Numbered from the stretch's first letter, positions 13,903 through 23,507 are shown. The stretch: DNA of 29,253 nt from a virus (IMGVR_UViG_3300020043_001244:1-29253); one strand, 5' to 3'. Numbers and translations are program-made. The notes: a model not told the origin generated them from the letters alone.

Positions 13903-15138
13903 TCAGTAGCCTAGACTGTCGTTGTCTAGCTGTCCCAAGAGTGGTGAATCTAAAACAAATACACCAAGGTTTAGAGTTTCTAGGCTAAAGCTCACGCGCT
14001 TATTGGCAGGTTCCCAGTTGTGGGATATTCCGATAATTCGGCAGGGTAGTTCAATAGCCGGGGGAATCCCGGACGGGAGAAAATGAACTTGAACAATGTC
14101 CCCAATTTCAAGGTCTAGAACGGCGGCTAATTGCTCCGAAGTGAGTCGGTCAATAGAAACGCTTACTTCGTCAAAGCGATAGAGTGGCTCGCTGTAAGTA
14201 GCTAGAAGTAAATTAGCTAGGTCGGAGAGTTCTGCTGGGTCTTGAACTAGCAGATTGGTTATGGATAGGTTTCTAGTTCCGTAGACAATAGAAGAGTCCA
14301 CGTTCTCGACGATTACTTCTTCGGGGATAATGTCCGTGTTTGCTAGTTCGATTCTTGTAAATAGATTTTCTGAACCATAGACGGCACTAACCGAAAGGAA
14401 AGGAATCTTGATAGAAGATGAAGGCGCAGAATCGTCGGAGAAGATAATATCGGGGTTGCTAATCGCAGCGTTTCGTTCTTTGAAAACAATTTCGCCGTCT
14501 TTACTGATAAACAAGTTTCCAAATTCGGAAGTCGTCACGGTTTGAAGGTAGCTAAGAACTGATTCCCCTGCTACGGAAGTATCGAGAAGAAGGCTGTTGC
14601 CCGGGTCAATTTCTTTTCTATCTGCGGGCCATTCGGTTTCTGGTAGCTCTAGAACGCGGTTTACTCTCGCGCCAGATAGTTCGCTAGGCGGGTCTAGCTC
14701 TTCAATTATTGAGTTAGTAAGAATAGAGAAGGCGTCCGATACGTCAATCCGCACCGTTGCCCTGTTGCCCGGCTGGTAGTCAAGGTCGAAGTCTTCGACG
14801 TAGCCAAAGAAAACGGGAAGGTCATTCGCGCTAACTCTTATGGCACGGCGGGGAACTAGCTGTCCGTAATAAAGACCGGGTTCATAGAGCGGGTCAAATA
14901 AGCGGTCGGTGTTGTCTACAACTATTGAAGAAACTCCAGCGTCGATACGGTCTAACGCTTCGTTCTTTCCTCTTCTTGTTGAAACGCTTCTAATTCGGTC
15001 GGTGATGTCATAGAAAAGCGTTCCGCCCAATCTATCGGTAATGTTGTCTAGCTTTCCTCTTACCGGGTCGTCTAGCTTGAACCCGATAGGGCTGCTCTGA
15101 CCAAGGTCTAGTCCAATTTCAACTTTCGGGCTTAGCAT
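13903..15138 (-). CDS. minor tail (tail-tip/hub) protein
   Basis: 411 aa, acidic and beta-rich, TAATG-coupled to the tape measure gene. Confidence 0.75.
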   Translation of the reverse strand: MLSPKVEIGLDLGQSSPIGFKLDDPVRGKLDNITDRLGGTLFYDITDRIRSVSTRRGKNEALDRIDAGVSSIVVDNTDRLFDPLYEPGLYYGQLVPRRAIRVSANDLPVFFGYVEDFDLDYQPGNRATVRIDVSDAFSILTNSIIEELDPPSELSGARVNRVLELPETEWPADRKEIDPGNSLLLDTSVAGESVLSYLQTVTTSEFGNLFISKDGEIVFKERNAAISNPDIIFSDDSAPSSSIKIPFLSVSAVYGSENLFTRIELANTDIIPEEVIVENVDSSIVYGTRNLSITNLLVQDPAELSDLANLLLATYSEPLYRFDEVSVSIDRLTSEQLAAVLDLEIGDIVQVHFLPSGIPPAIELPCRIIGISHNWEPANKRVSFSLETLNLGVFVLDSPLLGQLDNDSLGY

Positions 15139-17402
15139 TACGCACCTTGGAAGACTGCGCCGGAAGTTCTTTCATACGCCTTGATTGCGTCTACAACGGC
15201 TTTACCGATAGAAGCCGGGGAGTCTAGGCCACCTTCTACGGTTAGGTTGTAAATAGTCTGCTGCTGTTGCGTTCCAAAAAGCGATTGCGTTCCGGTCATA
15301 CCGATTTCCCCAGCTACTCCGGCAAGTTGTGAATACCCTGAGTTGATTGCCGCTAAGCCACCAACGCCGCCAGCTACTAAGTTCGCGGCTAGTTTCGCAC
15401 CTGCGATTGGGCCAGCGTTTATTACCTGCTGAAGAAGCTTCGGGTCTAAGCCCATACTCGATAGCTTTGTAATGTTTCCAGAAAAGGCTTTTAGTCGGGT
15501 AAGAAGCTTGTCCATATTTCTAATAATGGACTCGGTTGAGTTGCCTAGTTGCGGAATTGTGAAGGCGTCTAGTATCTGGTCTTTGATTTGTGAGAATGTG
15601 TTTTTTACTGAATCTGCGAAAGCCTTGTAAATTCTCTCTCGTTCAGCTAGAGCCGCCGCTTCTTCTCTTAGGCGTTCTTCTTGTTGTCTTTGTAGTTCTT
15701 CTTGTTCTCTATCTATTTCTTGTTGCGCCTGTAATGCTTCTGAGTCGGCTAATTGCTGGTCTGCGTCTAGTTGCGCTTGAATGCTTTGTAGTTCAGCTTG
15801 ACCGCTCGCAGTCTGATTGAACTGGCCCTGTAATTTATTGACTGCCTTCTGGCCGTTCTTGGTTATTCTTGCGAGAATCTTATTCGCTGCTTTTACGGGC
15901 TTATTGCTTGAAGTAATTGCTTGCGCGAGTCCTTGACTCAAACCAGCGGCGACAAGCTTGCCAGCCTTTTTTGAGAGAGTGACTTGTCGCTTTAGAGATT
16001 GTGCGAAGGTAGGTTGTTTTGCTGCCTTGGCTCCGCCGCCACCGCTTAGGATATTTGAAATAATTCCGTTAGCATTTGTCTTCGGAACTGGCTGATTTGT
16101 TTTTAGGTTGTAGGCGTAGTCATCTAGAACGGAAGTTCGTCCTGCTGTTCCGCCAGCACCGCTTCCGGCAAATTGCCTTTGAGCAGTTACGGCTCCAAGA
16201 ATAGCCTTAGTGATGTTTTGCCACAATGTAGCAATAGGACTTAGTTTTGCCGCTGCTCCGCTTACCGCTATGGATTCGGTGTTGAACTTAGAAATTTCTG
16301 AATTGGATTCTTGAATTGCTGTTTTGAGTTTTCGGTATTCGTCAATAACAGAACCGACGGCTAAGGTTACTCCACCTAAGAAAAGAGCAGTTCTAAGAAA
16401 ACCTGCTGCTTTTGTTGTGCTGTTTAGAGTTGCGTTTAGAATTACGGCTGCTGCGTTGTAAAGCCCAACCGCAACTCTTCCAAGATTGTAAGCGGTATTG
16501 AGCAAGAACATAGCTCCGACTACGTTCATAATAACTTGCGCGTTCTGAATTAGAAAAGTAATGCCGTTTATTATTCCTGTTGTAAAAGTTCTCCAATCAA
16601 CAGAAGCCACGGAATTTTTTAGCGTAGTTCCAATCTCAGGAGCAAGTTCTCTAAATGCTGCGACCATATCTCGGACGGCTGGCATTACCATTGTTCCGAT
16701 TTCTTCGGATAGGTCGTTTAGTTCGTTGTTTAGACTTTCAACTTGCCCGGCGAATGTCTGCGCGTAGGCTGCTGCCGAACCGCCGAACTGAGCTTGAAGT
16801 TCCGCAAGAATAATCTTTTGCGCTCCGAGCAGGTCGCCCGAAGCCGTAAGAGTTTTTATTTGTTCTTTCTGTTGGTCGGTGAACTGAATACCAACACGGG
16901 TTAAGGCAGAGATTCCTTTTACCGGGTCATTCAACGCCTTACCTAAACGAATCGCTTCTCCGCTTGCGTCGGTTCCCATAGCCCGAGCAACGTCGAGAGT
17001 TGCTTGTACGGTCTGGTCGAAAATGTCGTTATTTTCCCCGGCTTGGTTCTGAATGTTCTTGAACGTAAGAAGAAGGTTAGCTCCGGATAGAATTGCTTCG
17101 TCATTGAAGGCCGTTGATTTTTGAAGGCTAGAAGCTAGACCTTGAATATCTTTAGCTGTACCGTTAGCGGTAGTTCCCATTGACTTTAGAACGGCTTCGG
17201 TCTGAGCAAAGACCTTCTGAGATTCGGCGGCGTCCTGAAGACTTTTACCAATTAGAGCAACGCTTCCGGCTAGAGCAGCCCCCGCAATAGCAAAGTTTCT
17301 TCCTAGATTTTGGAAGTTACCACGGACTTTGTTTAGTTGGTATTGCGCTTGCTTCAAACCTTTAGAGTCGAAGACGGTGATAATCGGTATTCTGACTGCC
17401 AT
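15138..17402 (-). CDS. tape measure protein
   Basis: 754 aa, Ala/Gly/Gln-rich and helical, with LGKALNDPVKGISALTRVGIQF; downstream of the tail chaperones. Confidence 0.92.
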   Translation of the reverse strand: MAVRIPIITVFDSKGLKQAQYQLNKVRGNFQNLGRNFAIAGAALAGSVALIGKSLQDAAESQKVFAQTEAVLKSMGTTANGTAKDIQGLASSLQKSTAFNDEAILSGANLLLTFKNIQNQAGENNDIFDQTVQATLDVARAMGTDASGEAIRLGKALNDPVKGISALTRVGIQFTDQQKEQIKTLTASGDLLGAQKIILAELQAQFGGSAAAYAQTFAGQVESLNNELNDLSEEIGTMVMPAVRDMVAAFRELAPEIGTTLKNSVASVDWRTFTTGIINGITFLIQNAQVIMNVVGAMFLLNTAYNLGRVAVGLYNAAAVILNATLNSTTKAAGFLRTALFLGGVTLAVGSVIDEYRKLKTAIQESNSEISKFNTESIAVSGAAAKLSPIATLWQNITKAILGAVTAQRQFAGSGAGGTAGRTSVLDDYAYNLKTNQPVPKTNANGIISNILSGGGGAKAAKQPTFAQSLKRQVTLSKKAGKLVAAGLSQGLAQAITSSNKPVKAANKILARITKNGQKAVNKLQGQFNQTASGQAELQSIQAQLDADQQLADSEALQAQQEIDREQEELQRQQEERLREEAAALAERERIYKAFADSVKNTFSQIKDQILDAFTIPQLGNSTESIIRNMDKLLTRLKAFSGNITKLSSMGLDPKLLQQVINAGPIAGAKLAANLVAGGVGGLAAINSGYSQLAGVAGEIGMTGTQSLFGTQQQQTIYNLTVEGGLDSPASIGKAVVDAIKAYERTSGAVFQGA

Positions 17403-17929
17403 TACATTACCTTTAGCTTCACGTTTGTTTTTCTGGAGTATCTATTGACGATTGCTAGGACTGCGGAGGATACGCCTTCTTTTTTCTGTTCGTATCCCTT
17501 CCAGACATACCTAGAAGCTTTTCCGCTGACTTTCTTTAGCATTCCCCTAGCATTTCTAGAGTTAGCGTCTGGGCCGGAACCAACCAAATCGAGAATCTCA
17601 AATCCTACTGCGTCGCTCGGAGATACCGCTTCAAAGCCGATTAGAGAACGCTCGGTTCCACCCCTGCCAAGTTTTGCGCTAGGTCTTATGTAGGTGCGAA
17701 TCTTAGGAATGGCGTATCTAGTTCTTCCGTTGTGAAGCATTCCACCTTGGCCCAATCGGTTTCCTAGTAGTGGAGAAACCAAAGGAACCTTAGATTGAAT
17801 GGAGGAAATTACCGAAGCTACTCCGGGTTCGGTAATAATTTCTTTTCTCATTTGTGCGAAGAGCTGTGGTTCGAACTTTTTCATTTCATTTACGGTTGCG
17901 CCTATGCCTTCAATGTCCACTCGTAGCAT
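17402..17929 (-). CDS. HK97 gp10-like neck/tail-completion protein
   Basis: Basic protein with VDIEGIGATVNEMKKFEPQL...RYVWKGYE; position is atypical. Confidence 0.55.
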   Translation of the reverse strand: MLRVDIEGIGATVNEMKKFEPQLFAQMRKEIITEPGVASVISSIQSKVPLVSPLLGNRLGQGGMLHNGRTRYAIPKIRTYIRPSAKLGRGGTERSLIGFEAVSPSDAVGFEILDLVGSGPDANSRNARGMLKKVSGKASRYVWKGYEQKKEGVSSAVLAIVNRYSRKTNVKLKVM

Positions 17930-17974
17930 TTCAACCAGCCTTCTTTTCTTCTATTCTACCGAAGCGGAAATAGG

Positions 17975-18000
17975 GAAGCCCCTGCGTTAGCAAGGGCTTC
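17975..18000 (-). terminator. intrinsic terminator-like hairpin after the tail chaperone genes
   Basis: gaagccc...gggcttc stem with inner tgc/gca pairing, directly after the stop at 18003. Confidence 0.6.
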
Positions 18001-18002
18001 AC

Positions 18003-18167
18003 CTACCGCGGAAGGTTCTTAGCAACTAACCAGCGTCGCATAGTCCATAGCATTCGGTCTGACTGCTCCAGTAAAACATTTGGAGGAATCCCAGACTCGA
18101 CCGCTAGGGAAGCTATGAACCAATGCGCCGAACGGTCGCCTAGTCCTTTTATTTCTGAACTTTTGGG
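18003..18167 (-). CDS. C-terminal extension of the tail assembly chaperone (gpGT-like, -1 frameshift)
   Basis: The -1 frame is open from the slippery C.CCA.AAA: PKSSEIKGLGDRSAHWFIASLAVESGIPP... Confidence 0.8.
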   Translation of the reverse strand, partial: PKSSEIKGLGDRSAHWFIASLAVESGIPPNVLLEQSDRMLWTMRRWLVAKNLPR

Positions 18168-18403
18168 TCTTCTGGTGTTCCAATCGAATCTACTAGCTCT
18201 AGCCATTCTTCATAATTAGATTCGGTTTGTTTTTTTCTCTTCTCAGAATGCCAAGCGAGAAATAGCAACCAACCAATTCTTGGGTCGTCTAGTTTTGCGA
18301 TTGAAACGTTGAACTTGTCTTCGAACGCCACCATATCGGCGGCAGATACTAGGACGTCCTTGTGTGTTCCGTCTGCGAATTCAATGCGTAGGGTAAGTTT
18401 CAT
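18149..18403 (-). CDS. tail assembly chaperone (gpG-like)
   Basis: Follows the tail tube gene and ends EDPKVQK at the slippery site. Confidence 0.8.
   Translation of the reverse strand: MKLTLRIEFADGTHKDVLVSAADMVAFEDKFNVSIAKLDDPRIGWLLFLAWHSEKRKKQTESNYEEWLELVDSIGTPEDPKVQK
18161..18167 (-). other. -1 ribosomal frameshift heptamer CCCAAAA
   Basis: GAC CCA AAA fits X XXY YYZ in the correct frame. Confidence 0.8.
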
Positions 18404-18411
18404 TTTTTACC

Positions 18412-18831
18412 TTAGACGGTTCCGGCGGTCGCGAAGCTGACTTCTCCCGAAGTCGGGAACGAAACGCTAAACGTAGCCAAATCTCCGACTGCTCCCGCGA
18501 TTGGAGATACGCTGTTGATTAGAACAGGCGCAGTCCAGATTGGGTTAGTTGAAGAAATTGCGGTTCCATTTGGTACTAGTGTTACGGTTGCGATTGTTCC
18601 AAGAAGCGGGTTTAGGACGGTGTTGATTCCGCCGACTCCGTAATCGTTGTGGAAGTCTAGAGTTACGGTTCCGGATTTTAGTCCACCGATAACCTCTGTC
18701 CAGCCAGCTCCGCCGAAGTCTGTAACGTCTACGTCTGCTGCGGTTAGTTCTAGTGTTGCCGAAGCGCAAGAATCAGAAACGTTAGTCGCTCCAATTTTGA
18801 CTACGGTAGCGGTTACTACGTATTTTGCCAT
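18412..18831 (-). CDS. major tail tube protein
   Basis: DVDVTDFGGAGWTEVIGGLKSGTVTLDF...GAVGDLATFSVSFPTSG. Confidence 0.88.
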   Translation of the reverse strand: MAKYVVTATVVKIGATNVSDSCASATLELTAADVDVTDFGGAGWTEVIGGLKSGTVTLDFHNDYGVGGINTVLNPLLGTIATVTLVPNGTAISSTNPIWTAPVLINSVSPIAGAVGDLATFSVSFPTSGEVSFATAGTV

Positions 18832-18861
18832 TTGTGTTTCTCCTATTTTCCTAGCGGTTTT

Positions 18862-19269
18862 TTATTGTGCGAATACGACTACGTTGAATTCGGCGGCTAG
18901 GTAGGTAATCTCGCCAATCACAAGGGAGCCGTAATTTCTCATATCGGTTACTCGGAGAGAATCACATTTCCCACCGAGCGTCCTATCTAATTCTATCGCC
19001 AGCTTGACGGAAGCGGTTCCCGTAGTGCTTATGTAAGAATCCAGAAGCTTCTGCGCGCTGCGCTCTCCGACACGTCCAACAATTACGGTAATGACGAAAT
19101 TGTATTCGTCCAGTCCACGCTGGAAGGTGCGGTCATAATTCACGTTTGCCACGTTCACAATGGCGATAGGTGGGCTGATTGTGTCGGGCTGTTCGGTGGT
19201 GGTTCTAAGCCCGGAGATAGTAGCTAGTCGGGTAGCTAGTCCAGCCCGAAGGTCGGTAATGGAAGCCAT
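18862..19269 (-). CDS. tail terminator
   Basis: ITDLRAGLATRLATISGL...IELDRTLGG; lies just before the tube gene. Confidence 0.75.
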   Translation of the reverse strand: MASITDLRAGLATRLATISGLRTTTEQPDTISPPIAIVNVANVNYDRTFQRGLDEYNFVITVIVGRVGERSAQKLLDSYISTTGTASVKLAIELDRTLGGKCDSLRVTDMRNYGSLVIGEITYLAAEFNVVVFAQ

Positions 19270-19865
19270 TACGCGAATCTAACTTTTCTGTAAACGTCGA
19301 TAAGGTGTTTCACGTCCGGGTCAAGTTGAACGCCAACGCGGACGGCTCCCATTTCGCCAAAGCCTGCGATTCCAAGTGGGCTGTCGTTACGCTTAAAAAT
19401 TCGAGCGGCTTGGATAACGGTCGCTTGCTTTACTGCTACCGGAACCGCAGACCAGCCCCAGACGCCCGTAATTCTTACGGTAGCCTCTCCGTCTAGGACG
19501 TTGAACAAGAAGTCGTCTACGGCCCTTATACGGGTTGCTGGGTGTCCTGTAAGCCCGTCCACTACTCCGTTTAGTGGCTCTAGCTGATAATCCTTAGCGG
19601 CCCAAGTAGTTCCGAAGTCGTCGCCGTCGGAAGTCTGAAGAACGCTGAATGAAATAGAGTCGTCAATTTCAGTAACGTAAGAATCCTGCGGAACGAATAA
19701 ACGAGTTGCGGTTCCTGCGTTGTAGAAATAACGCTGGGTGTAGCTGTCCACCATTCGGGAAGCTGATTCGACCGCAAGCTCTAAAAGGGCGTCGTCTACG
19801 TTATCCGTAATCCGAGCGGAAGCTTTTACTTCTGCGAGTGAGCAATATCCATTTACGATTGCCAT
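19269..19865 (-). CDS. head-to-tail adaptor (gp6/gp15-like)
   Basis: YCSLAEVKA..DDALLELAVESASRMVDSYT...WGWSAVPVAVKQA. Confidence 0.85.
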   Translation of the reverse strand: MAIVNGYCSLAEVKASARITDNVDDALLELAVESASRMVDSYTQRYFYNAGTATRLFVPQDSYVTEIDDSISFSVLQTSDGDDFGTTWAAKDYQLEPLNGVVDGLTGHPATRIRAVDDFLFNVLDGEATVRITGVWGWSAVPVAVKQATVIQAARIFKRNDSPLGIAGFGEMGAVRVGVQLDPDVKHLIDVYRKVRFA

Positions 19866-19886
19866 AAGATTTTCCTTTGTTCGCTT

Positions 19887-20306
19887 CTATCTTACCAGTC
19901 GGGCTTTTATAGCGGTCGAGCTGATTCCTGCCGTGTAGGGAATGTAGATTAGTGAGATTCCCCGGTCGTCTAGCCAATCTTGGCTAAAGCCCATTTGAGC
20001 GTAATAGTCCCGCCGCGCCCAGTCGGAACCAATAGCGATAATGTTTGGGCTAACCATTTCGATAGCTGCCTTAGAATCTGCCCCGCCGAAATTGGGAATC
20101 ACCGCCGAAACCGAACGGCAAGAAAGTAGAACGGCCTCTCTTTCTGCGTAGCTAATAACCGGAGCTTTGCCCTTGTAGGCTTCTATAAATTCGTCGGTGT
20201 TTAGGGATACGACTACTTCGCCTAGTTCCGCGCACTTAGCTAGAAAGTTAGCGTGGCCCGAATGGTAAAGGTCGAATGTTCCTCCGGTGTATACGGTTAG
20301 TCCCAA
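19887..20306 (-). CDS. cytidylyltransferase (TagD/glycerol-3-phosphate CTase-like)
   Basis: GGTFDLYHSGH (HxGH), LNTDEF, ER, GSDW, ISSTAIK. Confidence 0.9.
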   Translation of the reverse strand: MGLTVYTGGTFDLYHSGHANFLAKCAELGEVVVSLNTDEFIEAYKGKAPVISYAEREAVLLSCRSVSAVIPNFGGADSKAAIEMVSPNIIAIGSDWARRDYYAQMGFSQDWLDDRGISLIYIPYTAGISSTAIKARLVR

Positions 20307-20941
20307 CGGTTAGCCCTTCTAGTAGTCAAGTCCCAGTAGCCCGGAGAGAAGTCTTCTTCATTTACCTTCTTGTTGAATAGGTTTTGATTAGCTGCGTAGG
20401 TGCGGTTATTCTCGTTGCTTTTCCCGCTTAGGCTGGAAGAATTTTCGTGATGAATCTTTGCCGGGATTCTGTTTTCTTTTACTCCCGCTTTTATCATTCT
20501 GCGGTGAAGGTCGTTATCGTCAAAGTAGAGCGGATAGAAACGTTCGTCATAGAGTCCAGCCTTTGCGATTGCGCCTTCTCCAAAAACTAGACAAGACCAT
20601 TCCGGGATAATGTCTACGAAGTTTAGAGCGGTCGGGTCTGCCTGTTCCGCGATTATCTGTAATGCTCCCGGCTCGAACCAAGCGTCGTCGTTTATCAAAA
20701 GCCAGTAAGGAGCGTAAGGCGTCGATTTGATTATTAGATTCCAAGCCCCGACTAATCCGATTCCATAAGGCATTCGCAAGACAAAAAAGAATTCTACCGA
20801 CTCCGGCTTCTTAGGTTCCCAGTTTTGAGTTCCTGAATTATCTACGATTACTAAATGCCTGACCGGGTAATCTATCGAAGCTAGTAATCTATCCGCCTTG
20901 TGGAACTGACTGTAAACGGCGAATCCTAAAACGGGAATCAT
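20297..20941 (-). CDS. glycosyltransferase family 2 (GT-A)
   Basis: LVIVDNSG, AWNLII, LINDD, GLYDERFYPLYFDDND. Confidence 0.85.
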   Translation of the reverse strand: MIPVLGFAVYSQFHKADRLLASIDYPVRHLVIVDNSGTQNWEPKKPESVEFFFVLRMPYGIGLVGAWNLIIKSTPYAPYWLLINDDAWFEPGALQIIAEQADPTALNFVDIIPEWSCLVFGEGAIAKAGLYDERFYPLYFDDNDLHRRMIKAGVKENRIPAKIHHENSSSLSGKSNENNRTYAANQNLFNKKVNEEDFSPGYWDLTTRRANRWD

Positions 20942-22152
20942 TAGGCGAATTTATCCCGAAGAATTGGAAGCCAATACTTAGTCCAAACCTTTTCTACGTC
21001 GAACTCAGAAGCAAAGTCGATAGCTACCTGCGAACGGCCTTTGCCTAGCTTGTAAGCCTCTTCTAGAGCGGCAACGATTGAAGGCACGTTAGGGATTTGC
21101 CACCAAGCGTCCTGCCCTGAATCCCAAGAAGGCTGCCCGGATACTAGCCAACCGTCTTCGGCAACTAGGTCGGGAGTTGCTGCCCAATCAGAACCGACAA
21201 CGCGTGTACCTGCTGCCTGCGCTTCAATAGTTGGAACCCCGAATCCTTCTCCATAAGAAGTAGCAAGAAGAACGTCCATTCCCGTATAGTAAGCCGCCAA
21301 ATGTTCCTGCGGGATTCCATACTTGTAGCTGACCGGGTTTGGAAAGGCTACGTCGTCTTTCTCGATTCCCAACGACTGAAGAAGGCTAAGAAGATTCCAG
21401 CCAACGCCTTTAGAAAGCGGGTCGGTGTGAAGATACAACATAGCGTCCGGGTGCTTCTTCTGAAAAATAGAGAAGGCTAATAAATTTTCTGAGAAACTTT
21501 TTCTGTGAACTAGGCCCGAAGATTTGTTTGCGGCCACCATTCCAACAACGTATCTGTCCTTAGTTCCCATATGTTCTTCGACTGTCTGACCGTCGATTTC
21601 AAAGGTAGGTTTTATCTTCTTCGTGTCGATTCCGTGTGGAGCATAAACGCAGTCGATTCCCTTGTTATTCATTTGTCTAACTCCGTGCGGAGCCATAGCA
21701 ACGGGTGTAACGTTTTCTTTTCTTAGAAAGGTTTCTACTCTAGGCGGAAGAGTTAGGTGGTCGAGCGGTGTCCAAGAAAGAATAGGAAAGTCGTTGAATG
21801 CCGGGTTAGTAAGAACCCAAACGTCATAAAGGGTAATCATAGCGTTAGGTTGGTTTGGCTTTAGAGATGAAAAGTTTTTGTGGTCTACGGGCGCGGTGTC
21901 ATTGGAATACATATCCATTCCGCGGGCGAAGTGTGGAATCTTTCCATAAGGCGTATCTAGTTCGCGCTTGATTCCTTCGAGTCCGTAATTTGAAAGAGCT
22001 GCGACGTCGAAGCCGTGACGCTTTAGGCGGTCTACTAAGTAGCGGGCTTGCTGTCCATAACCCGTTGGCTGGTCGGGTGAATTGGAATAAAGGGAAACTG
22101 TCCCCTTGAACTGTTCTTTGTTAGCAGGGTTTTTAGATTTGGTAGGAGTCAT
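20941..22152 (-). CDS. glycosyltransferase family 4-like (GT-B)
   Basis: PTGYG, PHGID, RK, SYGEGFGVPTIEAQAAG (EX7E). Confidence 0.9.
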   Translation of the reverse strand: MTPTKSKNPANKEQFKGTVSLYSNSPDQPTGYGQQARYLVDRLKRHGFDVAALSNYGLEGIKRELDTPYGKIPHFARGMDMYSNDTAPVDHKNFSSLKPNQPNAMITLYDVWVLTNPAFNDFPILSWTPLDHLTLPPRVETFLRKENVTPVAMAPHGVRQMNNKGIDCVYAPHGIDTKKIKPTFEIDGQTVEEHMGTKDRYVVGMVAANKSSGLVHRKSFSENLLAFSIFQKKHPDAMLYLHTDPLSKGVGWNLLSLLQSLGIEKDDVAFPNPVSYKYGIPQEHLAAYYTGMDVLLATSYGEGFGVPTIEAQAAGTRVVGSDWAATPDLVAEDGWLVSGQPSWDSGQDAWWQIPNVPSIVAALEEAYKLGKGRSQVAIDFASEFDVEKVWTKYWLPILRDKFA

Positions 22153-22158
22153 AGAAAA

Positions 22159-22167
22159 ACATTATCA
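22159..22167 (-). promoter_or_regulatory. extended -10 leaderless promoter of the GT cassette
   Basis: TGaTAATGT lies 6 nt before ATG 22152, with no RBS. Confidence 0.55.
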
Positions 22168-22170
22168 CCC

Positions 22171-22218
22171 AAAAAAGACAAAAGGAAAGGCCGCCGAAAC
22201 CCTACCGTCCGGCGACCT
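22171..22218 (-). terminator. intrinsic terminator after the major capsid gene
   Basis: aggtcgccgg...tcggcggcct stem followed by ttccttttgtctttttt. Confidence 0.8.
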
Positions 22219-22246
22219 CTCCAGTCTGTTAGCTAATGCTTGTGGC

Positions 22247-23422
22247 TTAGCTTGCGCCTCCGCGGAACTTCACGAAGTGGCTTGCGTGTGTTAGGTTTCC
22301 GTCCACCCGTGCGGTAACACGGAAGGTTGTTACGTCCTCGTTGAAGGCGTAATCTGCGGACTGAGCAACCTGAATACCGCCGGCAACACGTGCCTTATAT
22401 GACGGAAGGTGTCCAACACCGATTGAGAAGGCGTTTGCTGCTACTGACAATGCGGCCGGGTTCTCGAAGACCGGATAACCCAAGAGCTGGTCTGGCTGAC
22501 CCTGTGCGATATTTCCGGCTGACCAGATAAACGCTCCAGAACCGTCCTTGATTTTGCGAACTGCCGCAAGACCAGTCTTGTTCATTAGCCAACCAACACC
22601 CGGAAGCAAGCGAGCCTGTCCGTCCAAAGTGTAAAGAAGGTCGACTAGGTTTTCGTAGGTCGGTGCGCCTGATACGCCAGTTCCACCAGTAACCGCAGAA
22701 GCTCCGGTTGTGAAGATACCTGTTGGCTCTACGGTTCCAGTTCCGGTGGTTAGTCCGGTGTTGATTGCGAAACCAATGGCATTTCCGGCCTGCTCTGCGA
22801 TTAGTGCGCTGATATCAAAACCTGCGTCTGTCAATAGCTCATTAGCTACTGGGACTAGGAATGAATACTTGTATGCGCCCAAGGTCAAAGAGCTGAATGT
22901 TGGTTCGCTGTCTGCGATTGCTGAACCAGCAACCTTGATAGTCGCAGTTGAACGCGCTGTCAAAGTCGGAATGGTTAGGTTCTCACCAGAAGCGGTGTTG
23001 ATTACCTGCGCAACGTTAAGCATTGGGCCGGCAAGTCTGGCGATAGAGAACACTTCGTCGAAGAAAGATTTCGGCACGGTGTTGTCGGAAGGAACTAGAG
23101 TTCTTTTCTCTGTTCCGAATGTGTGTGAACGTACTTCACCGTTAGCGATTGCGCGAAGAATGTCTGCGTCGCCACGAACCTCTGAAGAAGGAACGAAAGA
23201 GTTGCGAGCTGCGTCGATTGCGCGGGCTTCACGCTCTTCCATTTTCTTAGCGGTGTCGATAGCTGCGTCACGCTGGCTAATTTCGGTTTCGATACGTTCG
23301 ATTGTCTGCTGGTCATCTACGGTTAGTCCGCGCTTGTCCGCTTCGGCTGACTCGATTACTGTTCGGGCCTGCTCGATTAGGTTGTTGCGGGCTTCAACCT
23401 GTGACTTTAGAAAGTCGCTCAT
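22247..23422 (-). CDS. HK97-fold major capsid protein with N-terminal delta (scaffold) domain
   Basis: Coiled-coil N-terminus, VPVANELLTDA, GTGTVEPTGI, LLGYPVFEN, RVDG. Start trimmed to ATG 23422 (AAGGAG RBS). Confidence 0.95.
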   Translation of the reverse strand: MSDFLKSQVEARNNLIEQARTVIESAEADKRGLTVDDQQTIERIETEISQRDAAIDTAKKMEEREARAIDAARNSFVPSSEVRGDADILRAIANGEVRSHTFGTEKRTLVPSDNTVPKSFFDEVFSIARLAGPMLNVAQVINTASGENLTIPTLTARSTATIKVAGSAIADSEPTFSSLTLGAYKYSFLVPVANELLTDAGFDISALIAEQAGNAIGFAINTGLTTGTGTVEPTGIFTTGASAVTGGTGVSGAPTYENLVDLLYTLDGQARLLPGVGWLMNKTGLAAVRKIKDGSGAFIWSAGNIAQGQPDQLLGYPVFENPAALSVAANAFSIGVGHLPSYKARVAGGIQVAQSADYAFNEDVTTFRVTARVDGNLTHASHFVKFRGGAS

Positions 23423-23458
23423 TGTTGAATCTCCTTGTTTGATTTTTTTATTTGGATT

Positions 23459-23507
23459 CCGCCGAGCTAACTCAAGCGGTAGCAATAGGGAGCTGACTCA
23501 ACCCATT
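23459..23507 (-). promoter_or_regulatory. tandem hairpin motif in the capsid 5' leader
   Basis: Two copies of TT-GAG-TYAG-CTC, each closed by a different basal stem; -10 TAGAAT at 23514-23519. Confidence 0.6.

Noticed and set aside
23423-23485. N-terminal extension of the capsid ORF from TTG 23485
   Set aside because: The AAGGAG RBS precedes ATG 23422, and the extension lies in the structured leader.
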